Origin: Antedon mediterranea | Lineage: Eukaryota > Animalia > Echinodermata | Direction of reading: 5' to 3' | NCBI RefSeq assembly: GCF_964355755.1 | Contig: NC_092674.1 | Location: 26,846,001-26,910,000, forward strand | Length of the DNA: 64,000 nt | Shown here: positions 13,253-26,831 of the stretch, one piece after another | Position numbering within the stretch: the stretch's first letter is position 1 | Layout: each line of letters starts with the position of its first letter | The notes under the pieces: model-generated | What the model saw: only the letters and a program-made list of their open reading frames with translations | What the model was told of the DNA's origin: nothing | Database searches by the model: none | Made by a program: the position numbers and the translations under genes

Positions 13253-13617
13253 GGCCTTTTATAATCCTTGTACGTAAGTTCAACAGTTCAGTACAAATGC
13301 TTATTAACCTACATGTAATATTACATACAGTAGATATGAATCAAGTAAGATTTGAACTGGATCATTTGAAATGATAGGGAGTGGCTTAAAACATATTCAT
13401 AGGCCTATCTATCTAGAACACTCATAGTTAGGGCCTACCAACTGTTATGACTCTAGGTGAACTTAATATGAAAAGTCATTTAAAGTAAAATGTTATAATT
13501 ATGCTCTATCCTGTGTGTGCATCAGAAGAAGAAAAAAAACATTATTATGTTGATACCTCCTGCCAACTGTATGGTTACTCATTACTGCATGTGACTCAAC
13601 CATTATAATCTATCTGC

Positions 13618-14779
13618 ATTCTTCTCTTCTCCCTCCTCCTCTTCTCTTCTTTTCTCCTTCCTCCTCTTCTCTTCTGCGTCCTCTTCTCCTCTTCTCCCTC
13701 CTCCTCTTCTCTTCTGCCTCCTCCTCTTCTCTTCTGCCTCCTCCTCTTCTCTTCTGCCTCCTTCTCTTCTCTTCTGCCTCCTCTTCTTCTCTTCTGCCTC
13801 CTTCTCTTCTCTTCTGCCTCCTCCTCTTCTCTTCTGCCTCCTCCTCTTCTCTCCTCTTCTCCCTCCTACTTTTGTCTTTTCCCTCCTAAATTTGTCTTCT
13901 CCTTTCTCCTTTTCTCTTCTCCTTTCTCCTTTTCTCTTCTCCTTCCTCCTCTTATCTTCTCCTTTTCTCTTCTCCCTTCTCCTTTTCTCTTCTCTCTCCT
14001 ACTTTTCTCTTCTCCCTCCTACTTTTCTCTTCTCCCTCCTACTTTTCTCTTCTCCCTCCTACTTTTCTCTTCTCCCTCCTCCTCTTCTCTTCTCCTTCCT
14101 CTTCTCTTCTCCTTCCTCCTCTTATCTTCTCCCTTCTCCTTTTCTCTTCTCCCTCCTACTTTTCTCTTCTCCCTCCTACTTTTGTCTTTTCCCTCCTAAA
14201 TTTGTCTTCTCCTTTCTCCTTTTCTCTTCTCCTTTCTCCTTTTCTCTTCTCCTTCCTCCTCTTATCTTCTCCCTTCTCCTCTTATCTTCTCCCTTCTCCT
14301 TTTCTCTTCTCCCTCCTACTTTTCTCTTCTCCCTCCTACTTTTCTCTTCTCCCTCCTACTTTTCTCTTCTCCCTCCTACTTTTCTCTTCTCCCTCCTACT
14401 TTTCTCTTCTCCCTCCTACTTTTCTCTTCTTCCTCCTCCTCTTCTCTTCTCCTTCCTCTTCTCTTCTCCTTCCTCCTCTTATCTTCTCCCTTCTCCTTTT
14501 CTCTTCTCCTTCCTCCTCTTATCTTCTCCCTTCTCCTTTTCTCTTCTCCCTCCTACTTTTCTCTTCTCCCTCCTACTTTTCTCTTCTCCCTCCTACTTTT
14601 CTCTTCTTCCTCCTCCTCTTCTCTTCTCCTCCTCTTCTCTTCTCCTTCCTCTTCTCTTCTCCTTCCTCTTCTCTTCTCCCTCCTTTTCTCTTCTCCCTCC
14701 ACCTTTTCTCTTCTTTCTCCTCCTTTTGTCTTCTCCCTCCTCCTCTTCCTCCTCCTTTTCTCTTCTCCCTCCTCTTTTC
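13618..14779. repeat. Polypyrimidine (CT-rich) minisatellite with ~20-bp units and higher-order blocks
   Basis: Almost exclusively C/T. Units include TTTTCTCTTCTCCCTCCTAC and TCTTCTCTTCTGCCTCCTCC; the block CCTAAATTTGTC recurs 310 bp apart. Confidence 0.97.
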
Positions 14780-16369
14780 TGAAGGTTGATTTGGTCATAA
14801 TTCTAAAATTTGCTGCATGTGATTAACATGAACAACCTCTATTCGTCTCTGTCAGACGGCACAGAGTTGCTCTTCTGCAAACGAGTTGCACCAAAACCTT
14901 GTTATCTCCTTGTGCTGAAAAAAGGCTTTACGGTAGTGAAAGAAAATGATTCCCAGGCTTACTATAAATTTGATTGACACAATATATGATTAAGTGCTAA
15001 ATATTGAAGTGTATATTATCCAGGTGATAATCTGATAGGATGAGCCGAATTTGAGTCACTTTACTCCTAGGGTCAGAGAACGTCAGCTATGGGAATAAAT
15101 GACCTATTAAGAAAATCTTCACTTTTTTATTGAGCGATTATGAGAATTACTAAACAGCTATATACATTTAGCAATGATGTCATTGATAGGTGAATGCACT
15201 ATTAAACCATGATTTGAGTATAAGCCCACTTTGGGATATAAATAATATTTTTCATATAGCCAAGCCATAACATTTCTATATATTTTAACACCACCCACTA
15301 AACGTGACCAATTATATTTGAGTCAGTAACATATTAACAATAACTTTGATTGAGGTTGAATGCACTATTTAATAGCGTTATATAAATTATTTACAGATTA
15401 TGCGTAAATGTACTCTAGCGTTATATAAATTATATAAAATTAAGTATAGATAATTTGTCCTTAGTGTTGATCTGTTAAAATTGTGAATTCTTCCTGTTTC
15501 CTCTTGTGTACTGTATGACTCCTGTATAACTTTTCTTTTAATTATGGCAATTAATTAGATTTAATTAACAGTTGATTGACCGTTTTTCTTTTAAATTGTT
15601 GTGTATTCATTCTTGCGTTTGATAGGGGTTCTCCTAGTTTGTTATTTTATATAGAGATCAAGTAGGATTTGTTAATAGATTGAAATATTTTAGTCATGTT
15701 TTCACTCATATTAGCATCTAGAGTAAGTAAACGGTTAGATAGTAACACTTTTATCCATGGAAAAGAAAAGGAATTAGCTAAAATCCTGGCGTAGTAAACA
15801 AACAAGCTCATTCTATTCTGTTTATCTAATGTTAACAACATTTTAACGTTAGAACTGTGAAAAAAAACATGAATCCTGAGTGTCATTGGCACTTAAACGA
15901 GGTTGGCGTTGCTTGGCGTAATGTTGGCGCTGTAAGAAGGTCGGAAGTTACTTGCGGTGTTGTTGGCACCGTAACGAGGTTGAGAGTCATTGAGAAGCCG
16001 CTTTGACAAGTAGATTAAGTTACAACATAAAGAAGTAGGTTAGAACTATCGTTTGTACTAAATCTTGAGATCAGAGCGTTTCAACATTAATGTGCAGTGA
16101 TGCAGTATAGGTGAATTTACGTTTACAGCGGAAAGGACGCGATATAGCATATGAATATTTTTCTTGATAATTCACCGGTGATATATGATAAATGCAAATA
16201 TATTTAGCCTCATCATCAGGAATTCTCATATTTATACTCATTTATCCTTATGTTTTGTTAGTCATCAGTCAAATATCTTCAATTTTCAAGTTTATTCAAT
16301 ATTTTCATGTTTTCATTGTCAGTATTATTGTTATTGTTTGAAATATCCACAATGTATTCATTTTTGCCA

Positions 16370-16850
16370 TCACTATACTATCACATCATTCTCATATCTT
16401 AATCATTGTTATCATTATCTTGATCATTTCTTCATCATTGTTATCATTATTTTCATCGTTGTTATCAATTTTATCTTCATTGTTTTCATTATCTTCATCA
16501 TTGTTATCATCTTCATTGTTTTCATAATTTAATCATTGTTATCATTATCTTTATCATTATCATTATCTTCATCATTGTTATCATTATCTTCATCATTGTT
16601 ATCATTGTCTTCATCATTGTTATCATTATCTTCATCATTGTTATCATTATCTTGATCCTTGTCATCATTATCTTGATCCTTGTCATCATTATCTTGATCC
16701 TTGTCATCATTATCTTCATCCTTGTTATCATTATCTTGATCCTTGTCATCATTATCTTGATCCTTGTCATCATTATCTTGATCCTTGTCATCATTATCTT
16801 CATCCTTGTTATCATTATCTTCATCCTTGTTATCATTATCTTTTCCTAAT
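16370..16850. repeat. (ATC)n-derived minisatellite, 21-bp unit ATCATTATCTTGATCCTTGTC and variants
   Basis: Direct periodicity; gives rise to the low-complexity ORFs 16185-16849. Confidence 0.95.
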
Positions 16851-17578
16851 ATTTATCATCTCTTTTAAAAATGCATTCATATATTTGAAAATGTGTATAT
16901 TATAACAGAAAAAATATGGATAAATACTGGTACAAACAAAATCACTATGAATTATGAAAAGATACTGATGATTTTCATTTTTAAAATGAATAATTTCTGA
17001 TATTTTCTAGTACAAACTTTTTTCCTGTATTTTACCGGTGTTTTAAGCAAACTATTATATAGTATTTAGTTTAGTAAAAAATCAAGTTAACGAGTAAAAT
17101 GAAGTAGGCTGGTATTAGTAGCATACTGTAAGTAAACTAGGTCTGTAAGCATTTGATCCAAATTACACAGAAAACTAAAGTACAAGACATATGGTTTTAA
17201 TACAGGTTAGTTTAAAACGCTTTTCATGTTATTGCGTATTCCTATGGTGATACTCACAAATGGAGACTACTGTACTATAATTTGTATTTAGGTTTATTCC
17301 CCGCTTCCAACTTGGTTTGAATTAATATTATTACCTTTAAATAAATACATTTATTTATTGACTTTTACTTGTGTGTGTTTACCAGTGGCAGCAGATTAAT
17401 AGTGGCACAGTCAAATGTCTTGAAATTGAAACATTATCCCAAACAAAATTATAATAAAATAAACACACAAACTAAATTAATAAACAAACAGTAAGTAATA
17501 AATAATAATAAATAAAATTATAATTGACAATGCAAATTAACTCATTTCTAAATCAAATCTTATTTTCAGGATTTTATT

Positions 17579-17715
17579 GTTTTCCAATTTAATATTCAAT
17601 TTTCCAATTTAATATTCAATTTTCCAATTTAATATTAAATTTTTCAATTTAATTTTAAGTTTATTTAAATTTCATATGATCCATTTTATTTTATTTTATT
17701 TTATTTTATAAGTTA
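17579..17715. repeat. 20-bp tandem repeat (TTTTCCAATTTAATATTCAA, ~4 copies) followed by (TTTTA)n
   Basis: Direct periodicity. Confidence 0.85.
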
Positions 17716-18199
17716 TTCTCATTTTGTTTGATTACTCATTTGAAGCTTACGGAGTGGAGACTTATTCATCAACAAATTATTTCTAGATAGTGAAATATTA
17801 TTATTGTTATATGTGTATCCTCTCTTAAAAATAAAATATAGCCTATATTTGTTGTAGAGAAACAACCTGGATACATTGAATGGTTAACATTAACATTATT
17901 ATTATGTTGAGGTATAGTCTTGGCTTCCATTACCTTATATTTAGTAGGATATTTAAATTGTCCTGAGGGTAAAGGAAATAACAGCATCTTCGTCATGATA
18001 TAAGATGGATAGCAATTACTATTTACAATCACACTGACTGAGAATATTATGCTAGGCAGTATTTTTTTTGTGTTCAGATGTTTTTAGTATGCACAACTTG
18101 GTTTATTTGTAAATATATGGTATTATTGTCATTGCGATCATTATCACCAACATCATTATCATCAAATTATGTTTTAAAATTACAAATGTCAAGTTTTTT

Positions 18200-18503
18200 G
18201 GACAAGTAGTTCACGAGAAAATGCAATTTCAGTTGACTTGTTACTTTAAGACTGCTCAATGGCTTTTGAAAATTCTGTCCAATCTTTTAACAATAGCAGG
18301 TCTGAAAATAAAACTAAAAAGTGGTCCAGAACTGGGACCGTGGTCTGGAATGCCTCCAAAATTCAATGAAGTGCTCCTTGATTACATATATATCTGTATT
18401 TTCATTTTGGTAAAGATCTTGCAATTTTTTTTAAATAATCCTGCTAACAAACAAACAGACAGACACACAGGATCGATTACATATACGGTACCTCCTTGGC
18501 GGA

Positions 18504-18536
<33 letters not shown>
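18200..18536 (-). mobile_element. Helentron-associated (HINE/DINE-1-like) element abutting an A30 run
   Basis: (AAAC)n(AGAC)n microsatellite next to the terminal hairpin CTCC-TTGGC-GGAG, a layout typical of DINE-1/HINE elements. Left boundary approximate. Confidence 0.55.
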
Positions 18537-18538
<2 letters not shown>

Positions 18539-18608
18539 ATCATCATTATCAAGCTATTTGTTTTGTATCATTTTACTTCATTATTATCATGCAATCAAAA
18601 ATGTTGTA

Positions 18609-19856
18609 AAGCGTATAGGATAGTTTTGCATGTAATGTAATTGACAAGTCCCTAACAGCACCCCATCAAAATCTTAAGCGTATAGGATAGTTTTGCTTGT
18701 AATGTAATTGACAAGTCCCTAACAGCACCCCATCAAAATCTTAAGCGTATAGGATAGTTGTTCTTGTAATGTAATGTAATTGACAAGTCCCTAACAGCAC
18801 CCCATCAAAATCTTAAGCGTATAGGATGGTTGTTCTTGTAATGTAATGTAATTGACAAGTCCCTAACAGCACCCCATCAAAATCTTAAGCGTATATAGGA
18901 TAGTTGTTCTTGTAATGTAATGTAATTGACAAGTCCCTAACAGCACCCCATCAAAATCTTAAGCGTATAGGATAGTTGTTCTTTTAATGTAATGTAATTG
19001 ACAAGTCCCTAACAGCACCCCATCAAAATCTTAAGCATATAGGATAGTTGTTCTTGTAATGTAATTGACAAGTCCCTAACAACACCCCATCAAAATCTTA
19101 AGCGTATAGGATAGTTGTTCTTGTAATGTAATGTAATTGACAAGTCCCTTACAGCACCCCATCAAAATCTTAAGCGTATAGGATAGTTGTTCTTGTAATG
19201 TAATTGACAAGTCCCTAACAGCACCCCATCAAAATCTTAAGCGTATAGGATAGTTGTTCTTGTAATGTAATGTAATTGACAAGTCCCTAACAGCACCCCA
19301 TCAAAATCTTAAGCGTATAGGATAGTTTTGCTTGTAATGTAATGTAATTGACAAGTCCCTAACAGCACCCCATCAAAATCTTAAGCGTATAGGATAGTTG
19401 TTCATGTAATGTAATTGACAAGTCCCTAACAGCACCCCATCAAAATCTTAAGCGTATAGGATAGTTGTTCATGTAATGTAATTGACAAGTCCCTAACAGC
19501 ACCCCATCAAAATCTTAAGCGTATAGGATAGTTGTTCTTGTAATGTAATTGACAAGTCCCTAACAGCACCCCATCAAAATCTTAAGCGTATAGGATAGTT
19601 GTTCTTGTAATGTAATTGACAAGTCCCTAACAGCACCCCATCAAAATCTTAAGCGTATAGGATAGTTGTTCTTGTAATGTAATGTAATTGACAAGTCCCT
19701 AACAGCACCCCATCAAAATCTTAAGCGTATAGGATAGTTGTTCTTGTAATGTAATTGACAAGTCCCTAACAGCACCCCATCAAAATCTTAAGCGTATAGG
19801 ATAGTTGTTCTTGTAATATAATTGAGAAGTCCCTAACAACACCCCATCAAAATCTT
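18609..19856. repeat. Tandem satellite, 18 copies of a 67/72-bp unit
   Basis: Unit AAGCGTATAGGATAGTTGTTCTTGTAAT(GTAAT)GTAATTGACAAGTCCCTAACAGCACCCCATCAAAATCTT, starting at 18609, 18676, 18743, 18815 ... 19790. No unique spacers. Confidence 0.98.
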
Positions 19857-20339
19857 TAACTGCATGCAATAGAATAAATCAACTTTTTACCTTTGAACTA
19901 ATTCTGTTTCACATAATACACCCACACTAATTCATTTATTAAATTTATTCATCTGCCATATATTCAATAATTAATCACCCATTGTAATTCATAAAACCAA
20001 ATTAAATTTTCTACTTGGCCTACTACTATACAATCCTACTAGGATTAATTTTTGATGATTTGTAATTCCAAAATGTATTTTTGAAATCATAGAATTACAT
20101 GTGTACTTAAGGTAAATCATTATGCTTTGGCAAATTCAAAAGTAACAAATTATCGATTTACGTTAGATCCTAATTAGATAATTGAGTATAAAGTGAAGTT
20201 TAGACCCATTGTTATTTAAGTTTGTTTGTACCGGTACTTAAATTCAGTATTTTAGTTTCAGTCCTAATTTGGATTACACATTATATCGGTGGCCGAAGCC
20301 TATGTAATATTAAGTTAAACAATTACAGGAAAAAGTGTG

Positions 20340-20524
20340 TATGAAATATAATAGGTTTTTTTCTAATTGTTTTGTGCATTTTTTTTCTTTGTAAATTTTA
20401 TTTATTTTAATTGTTGCATGTTTATGTCTTGTCATATTATATTTTAGTGAGGTTCCCTAATGATCAGCTTCAGTTGGATGAGCCACCCCTGTAAAATATT
20501 GTTAAAATAAATAAATAAATAAAT
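20340..20524 (+). mobile_element. LINE (CR1/L2-like) 3' UTR remnant
   Basis: T-rich stretch, then a stem-loop-like GAGGTTCCCTAATGATCAGCTTCAGTTGGATGAGCCACCCCT, then an (AAAT)n tail. Confidence 0.4.
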
Positions 20525-21976
20525 CCGATAAAGCTTGGTAAAGAAGTTGAGTTAGCCGTAACATAATCATGAAATGGAATTCAGTTTTTCTCTGCATTTC
20601 CAAATTATATCACAATTTTTTATTATTGTATTATGACTTTTAAATGAGACAGAAAATTGTAAATCAACTGGTGAAATTGATCTTAAAAGTAGGTGTCCTC
20701 TGTGTTGTGTCACAGACCGTGAAATGAAATATTGTAAAGCAATTCTAACTACAAAAATCAGTTACTTGTAATCTAAGATTGTCTAACTTATAGTGAATAT
20801 CATTTCCGTTCCTTAACTCAAATAGGGGTTGCAGACTAAATTGGTGTTGTGTATGAATGATGTTTAAACGAGTGGTGACCCCGAACTCACCATTATGGGT
20901 CAGATGAGGAATCATTCCTTGATTGTTGTTGTGATTGATGGGGTAATTTCATGGCGACAATTTTTAAGTCTCCAGGAAGATACAATCAGCCTAAAGTTCA
21001 AACAGACGTAATTAGAAATGTAAACAGTTTTTATTAAGACACTTTATATCTTATTGTTTTGACATGTACCGCTTCTGCCTAATCTAATTACAGTACAAAG
21101 AAAGTCACTTATGACTCGTCTGTAGAATGTTTCATTGCTAGCCTCTAATCTTAAGATCTTTGGTTCAATCATTCCATGCTCTTCAAATGTTTGTCTCATG
21201 TTAATGCACATACTGTAGAGATAAGGTTACAACAGCTTAAATAGCTTTAATCAAATGAACAGTCCGCATTTTGCTTATTCAATTGCACTATAATCGACCA
21301 TAAATGATTCGATTCTATTGGTGGGTATCAAATTTAGTGGAGTAAACATTTTACAGCAAACAAAGTGAGAAATCGCATTTGCCCTCAATCTGTCTGGATG
21401 TATTCATGCACCCTAATTAACCGTGCCTCTTTTACTATTTAATTTGGTATCATTCTTCCATTAGCGACATGTTCGTTTAATAACTTTTTATCTCTGAACA
21501 AACGAAAATAATTGTGTTTTACTGTGTTTGACCATGAATAAATGAAGTATCAAAATATCATTATTTGGCCAATATTTATACACCAAATTTTTAAATTTTA
21601 TTCATATAAAATAAAATTGCCATTATTTGAAAGATAATTCTGGTCGATGTATCTTTCCTCCACAGCTCAATGAACAATAAGATATAATTGTAATAGTCTT
21701 TTTTTATGTATGTTAACTAATTCTGCATTGTGTAGTATCATTTACATTGCAAAACATTAAATATATGATTAGTTTTTTTTTCAAACATTAGTTTGCCGTC
21801 AAACAGTCTGCTCAATGATTTGTGAATGACATAATTTCCAAATCAGTTTTCCGAATAAATTTAGTCTTTCAGCAATAAGAAATGCTATATTGTGCAGTAA
21901 TGATTCTGGTTGTTCAGTAATTACCAACGCGTTTTATTTAAAGTCAGACAATAACATGTTGAATAAAGTAGAACAG

Positions 21977-22200
21977 AGCGAGTGAGTGGCCGAGCGGTTA
22001 AGACTGTGGAACCGTAATATGTAGCCATAACATTGGCAAGAGTTCGAGGATCATTAGCTCCTAGTCCTGGTGGTAGAACTAGTCTTCTCGGATAAGGACT
22101 ATAAACCGTCGGTCCAGTGTACACATCTGGTTCATGTGCACTTTAAAGAACCTAGTACATCATACGAGACGAGTAGGGGTTACCCCTGTGTACTAGTACA
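21977..22200 (+). mobile_element. Deu/Nin-domain SINE with tRNA-derived head, 3' tail missing
   Basis: A-box TGGCCGAGCGG, B-box-like GAGTTCGAG, then the same central domain as 1-200. Confidence 0.8.
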
Positions 22201-22884
22201 CTCCATAAATAAGGTTAAATAAAAAATAATTAAATAAATTAAAAAATAAATCTTTGGGACAAAAATGAAGTGTCGTCTTATTGAAGTGTCTACTGTCGTA
22301 AATGTAAACATATGTTGCCCCTTGTTCGTTTCATAAGACAGTGTTCCTTTGATAAAGTTTGATAAAGAAACCTGACATGTAAGATAATATTGTTACTTTG
22401 ATACAGTACATAGTTATATATATTTTTATTTTTGTCTTCACATATAAGCTATATATGTGAAGATATATCCTCTACCCTAGAGGGGGAGAAGTCGTCTTTT
22501 ACATCTAAATTTTGTAATAAGATAAGTTAATTCATTTTAGATGCAAGTGTCTGTTGTTTACCTGCAAGTTTGTATTGTTATTGCACTGAAATTTATTTGA
22601 ATCTAAAAGTGTTACAGTCAATTTTAAACATAAATATTAAATTACTTCAATATCAGTTTTAGTACTATACAATAAAACTGAAGTCATATTTTATCTTACA
22701 GCATATTCAGGCAGTTTATTAGATTATACAGAATGTATAGCTATTAAATTCTGTAGTGAATGTACAGAAATGAAAAGGCAGTATTTCAACATAAAATATG
22801 CGAAAAAGTAAAGCCTGAAAAGTGTAGGAAAATAGCATCAATATTTTATTCATTTTATGTATTAGACTTTAAAAGGCAAACATA

Positions 22885-23060
22885 CTAGAAAAAAAGGTAT
22901 ATTGTCAATCGTTCTTTACAGGAAATTGTCCCCCTTGAAAGGGCATTCCTAGATTTATTATATATTGCTCCTGTTCGCTTAACTTGAAAGTGTCTCCTTA
23001 ATAGATTGCCCCCAAAATAGGCGTGTCCCCTTAATAGGAGTGTTCCTGAATAGCTGTTTC
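22885..23060. mobile_element. Degenerate Tc1/pogo-like MITE fragment (similar pieces at ~43480-43555 and ~47770-47815)
   Basis: Shared GTGTCCCCTTAATAGG / ATAGGGGTGTCCC motifs; the 43480 piece ends in ACTG-TA. Confidence 0.35.
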
Positions 23061-23605
23061 TCAAACAAGAAGTTCTTCCATCTGAATTGCAGTACATTTA
23101 TCATACAGTACACATTCCACTCAAACTTTTGCTATTCACATTTGTCAACACATCACTGATGTCTCATTTATTATCAAAAAAATATTTGATGATTTTGACA
23201 GATTATGATAAATAGAAGTACCCCGGCGTAAATGAAGTATTTCCGATTGAATCTGGCATGCGCTACCTATTGATAGATGCTTAATTATTTTCATTTAGCA
23301 AATGACAATTAGATTCAATTTCAATTATGATTGCTATACTTTATATTGGAATGTCACATTTTTATTTAATTTGTCACTTACAAAAGAGCTGAATTACAAC
23401 AGGCCTGACTTAAAATGATCTCAAGAACATTCTTTATTTGGAATTAAAGTTGTTAAAATGTTTAATCTAATTTTCTAATAATTTGTTATCAATCAAAATT
23501 CTTTAATATAAACATTTAAGAATGATTTATATGTTCTGTACTGTACATTTCACACTATTCTGTAATTGTTTTCCACAACTTTTCAATGGAACTCCTCATG
23601 TGTTA

Positions 23606-23740
23606 AGCTCTGTCTACACTATCAAATGTTGTCGGAAAAATGAATGTAACATGCCCATATGTGAACACAATGATGTCATATTACTGTATTTCGGCATATT
23701 ACACTTTCATAGTGTAGTGTTTCATAGTGTAGACATAGCT
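23606..23740 (+). mobile_element. MITE family A with TTA target-site duplication
   Basis: TTA|AGCTCTGTCTACACTAT...ATAGTGTAGACATAGCT|TTA. Confidence 0.8.
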
Positions 23741-24785
23741 TTACTCTTTACCTAGTATCACCAGCCAACACCTATATTACACTTTTACACAATTCGGTAT
23801 AACATAAAATCTGAGGAAATCTCTCAGCATCGCTGGTGTTTAGTTGAGTATTTGTTTGGTTTCCCATCCTTGTTGTTTAGTTTCCCATGCCCAATCAAGA
23901 ATCCATCAACCAATCACTTCACCAGTCTTAAATGGAACTCCTAATATCATAACACGAGGACCCTTATCTGATTAGTGTCCTTAAATACCTCTAGTGCCAA
24001 TAAACCAGTCCGCCTTCTGCCATTACATTACACTAGGAACTTTTAGATTTGAGTGAACATGAACGAAGACCACGTCCACATAAGTCGTAGTCCACTGTTC
24101 CTGTTACTCCATTGCAGACAACTTATACTCACTGCAACTAATGTTCCTCACCGTTACCCCTCACAGTACCCTTGTTTTCACACCGAGGTCAAGGCACCCC
24201 CACCTGTTTTCACATGATTCACAAATATTAATCATAATATCAGCGAATCAGATGATTGATATGATTTGATTGACATATACACAGGGCAAAAGATCGCTAC
24301 TGTGATAGATTGCTATCTTATCTTATCTGATAAGCATTCGTGGTTATGACATGAACATTAAAGGAAATTAGCAAAAAAAATTAAGTGGCGCCATTATCCC
24401 AACAAATTATGATGAGTCCTATGTCGGTCTTTATTATCTCCCTGAAAAATCATATGTATCACCTTGTGCTCCTCAATTTCTATCTCCCAAGTACTACATT
24501 ACAGACACCTCAATAATTGTAAAGAAATATGGCTATACAGTAGTACCACTACCTTGGGAAATCAATAAGGAGTAATACACGTTTTATCACTACGACCAAC
24601 AAGACACAACGCTATTAAAGTTGGGTCATAAAGGAACAAACAGGGAATTTTCTGGTAAAAACAAATATTACTAAGCCTCTAAGTAATTTATATACATATA
24701 TATGTATCCGTATCTTTTATTTCCATAAAATATCAAAAATAGAATACAATATTGAATTGATTGAAATTGAAATTGATTGAAATTT

Positions 24786-25005
24786 ATATTTATACTGGGT
24801 AACCTCTTCAGTCAAAGACTGGTCTGATCTCCCAGAGGGTCCAATTGGTGATCAGTGGCTGTGATGTACTAATACACCGGGGTAACCCCCTACTCGTCTC
24901 AAAAGATGTACTAGGTTCTTTAAAGTGCACACAAGCTAGTTGTGTACACTGGACCTACGGTTTATAGTCCTTATCCGAGAAGACTCGTCCTACCACCAGA
25001 ACCAT
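24786..25005 (-). mobile_element. Deu/Nin-domain SINE, headless copy with 3' tail
   Basis: Reverse complement of 1-200 at high identity. Confidence 0.8.
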
Positions 25006-25485
25006 GGAGAATATGAAAATATAAAAGTAGTACTTGATATTTATGTGACAGATTATTATTATTTTATGTTAGCACTTCACTGTTTAAAAAAAAAATTCTG
25101 GATCCTGGGTCTTTGCTAAGCGATACTTTAAGTAGTGTTTCTTTATATTTTTGTCATTTTTTCTTTAATATCTAATTTCAGATGTTCAATTTCCAGTAAT
25201 TAACTATGACTTTGTAGAGGTTTTTTGTACATAAGGTCCATTAACCTACTTCTTATGTATGTACATAACTTGATATATTTAGAATGGTATATAATATGTA
25301 GGGGTAAATTTACCATAAATGTATGTATGTCTCATAGGTGAAATTATTCAGATGTTGCATTTCCTATCATATATCAGATTTAGAGGATACATTGCAAATG
25401 TTCAATTGTCAATGTTAATTATACAGTAATGCTTAGTACAGAATTTGTCTTCTGATATCTATGTTTCTAAATTTAAAATTAGGCT

Positions 25486-25696
25486 CAGTGGCGTAACGGT
25501 TATGAGCGCTTACTGGCTAAACCCTAGGGCCCTGTAGCTTATCAAGATCCATGAGCAGTGCCCAGAGGAAAAACAGGCAATAAAATATGCCGAAAAAGGC
25601 TAAAAGCGTCCAAGGCATGCATCAATCGTTGGAACTTGGAGGGCCACTTAGATTTCCTAAACCAGGGCCTCAGGTTCAGTTTCCATTACGCCACCG
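25486..25696. mobile_element. hAT-superfamily MITE
   Basis: TIRs CAGTGGCGTAA / TTACGCCACCG with a perfect 8-bp TSD ATTAGGCT (25478-25485, 25697-25704). Confidence 0.9.
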
Positions 25697-26693
25697 ATTA
25701 GGCTCGAGTTGCAGTGGCTGAATGTTTAAAACATATCTCATACAGAAACTTAGCTGAAGCTGCTTGAAAATAGGGAGGATCAGGCGGTACAAAAGCTTAT
25801 TATCATTGAGCTCCTGGCTGCTCATTTCCCATGTTCAGGATTACAGAACTCGCCTTTTACCTCAAATTTACCTATGTGTAATTTAAATAATCGTATTACC
25901 TATACTTTTTAAAATTATTATCAAATATCATTTAGTACTGAAAGTGAATGTAGTACAATATATTAAGAATAAAGATTTATAATAATTGTCATTAAAACAG
26001 AATTTTTTTTCCATTTTTACAGAAGCTTTTTTTTTGTCTATTATTATAATGCGTAGATAGGTTGTTCAAGTATGTTTACATGTGTAATATAAAGATAAAT
26101 ACTGTGTACTGATATTGTGCATGACTTTATGTGCGCATTACCAATTTTATAAATACTTGCCAATTATAGATAGATATCCAGAACAAGCTAGTAAATGTTC
26201 AGCAGAGATATCGCATGCAGAATTAATTGAATTTTTATTATATCAGATTTGTCTAATTATTAAGATGTTCTATCTCATGTTGAATCCACACACGTTTCGT
26301 GAATGTTGACATAAGCTATGTCTGGATTAAGTTAAGCTTATGATTTATTTTAGTGTTTGAGGATTTACAACATTGGTTCTATGTCCTGATGATGCATGTA
26401 CCAAATATATCTTTTTTATTTGTGTCACTGCCTATCTACAAATTGTAAACATGTTTATGTTTATGGAATAAAAGTATTTTAATTTATTAATGGTGGTACC
26501 TGGCTCCAATTCTATTTGCTTAGATATTTAACTTGCGCAAATCAAACGATTCCTTTCTTAATAATAGACATAATAGTAAACAGAAAAGGATGTTTACATT
26601 TTTATTGCGTGTTTGCATTACAAAGTTCAATGGTACTTATAAATGCCATTGTAAGGAATTGTAGGGGTGTTGAATATTAATTATGCAATCTAA

Positions 26694-26831
26694 AGCTCTG
26701 TCTACACTATAAAAAAAATGTGATGTGCCCATATATGGACATGATGATGTCATATCACTACCATATTTTGGCATATCACTACCATTACCATACTTTTTTT
26801 CTAAAACTAGTTTGACAGCGTAGACAGAGAT
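26694..26831 (+). mobile_element. MITE family A
   Basis: AGCTCTGTCTACACTAT...ACAGCGTAGACAGAGAT, with the shared interior GCCCATATATGGACATGATGATGTCATATCACTACC. Confidence 0.8.

Noticed and set aside
13892-14798. ORFs of 296, 195 and 81 aa (S/P/F/L- or R/E/K-rich)
   Set aside because: By-products of a stop-poor CT repeat.
16185-16849. I/M/T/K-rich ORFs
   Set aside because: Translations of the ATC minisatellite.
18609-19856. CRISPR-like array
   Set aside because: Units are contiguous with no unique spacers, there are no cas genes, and the context is eukaryotic.
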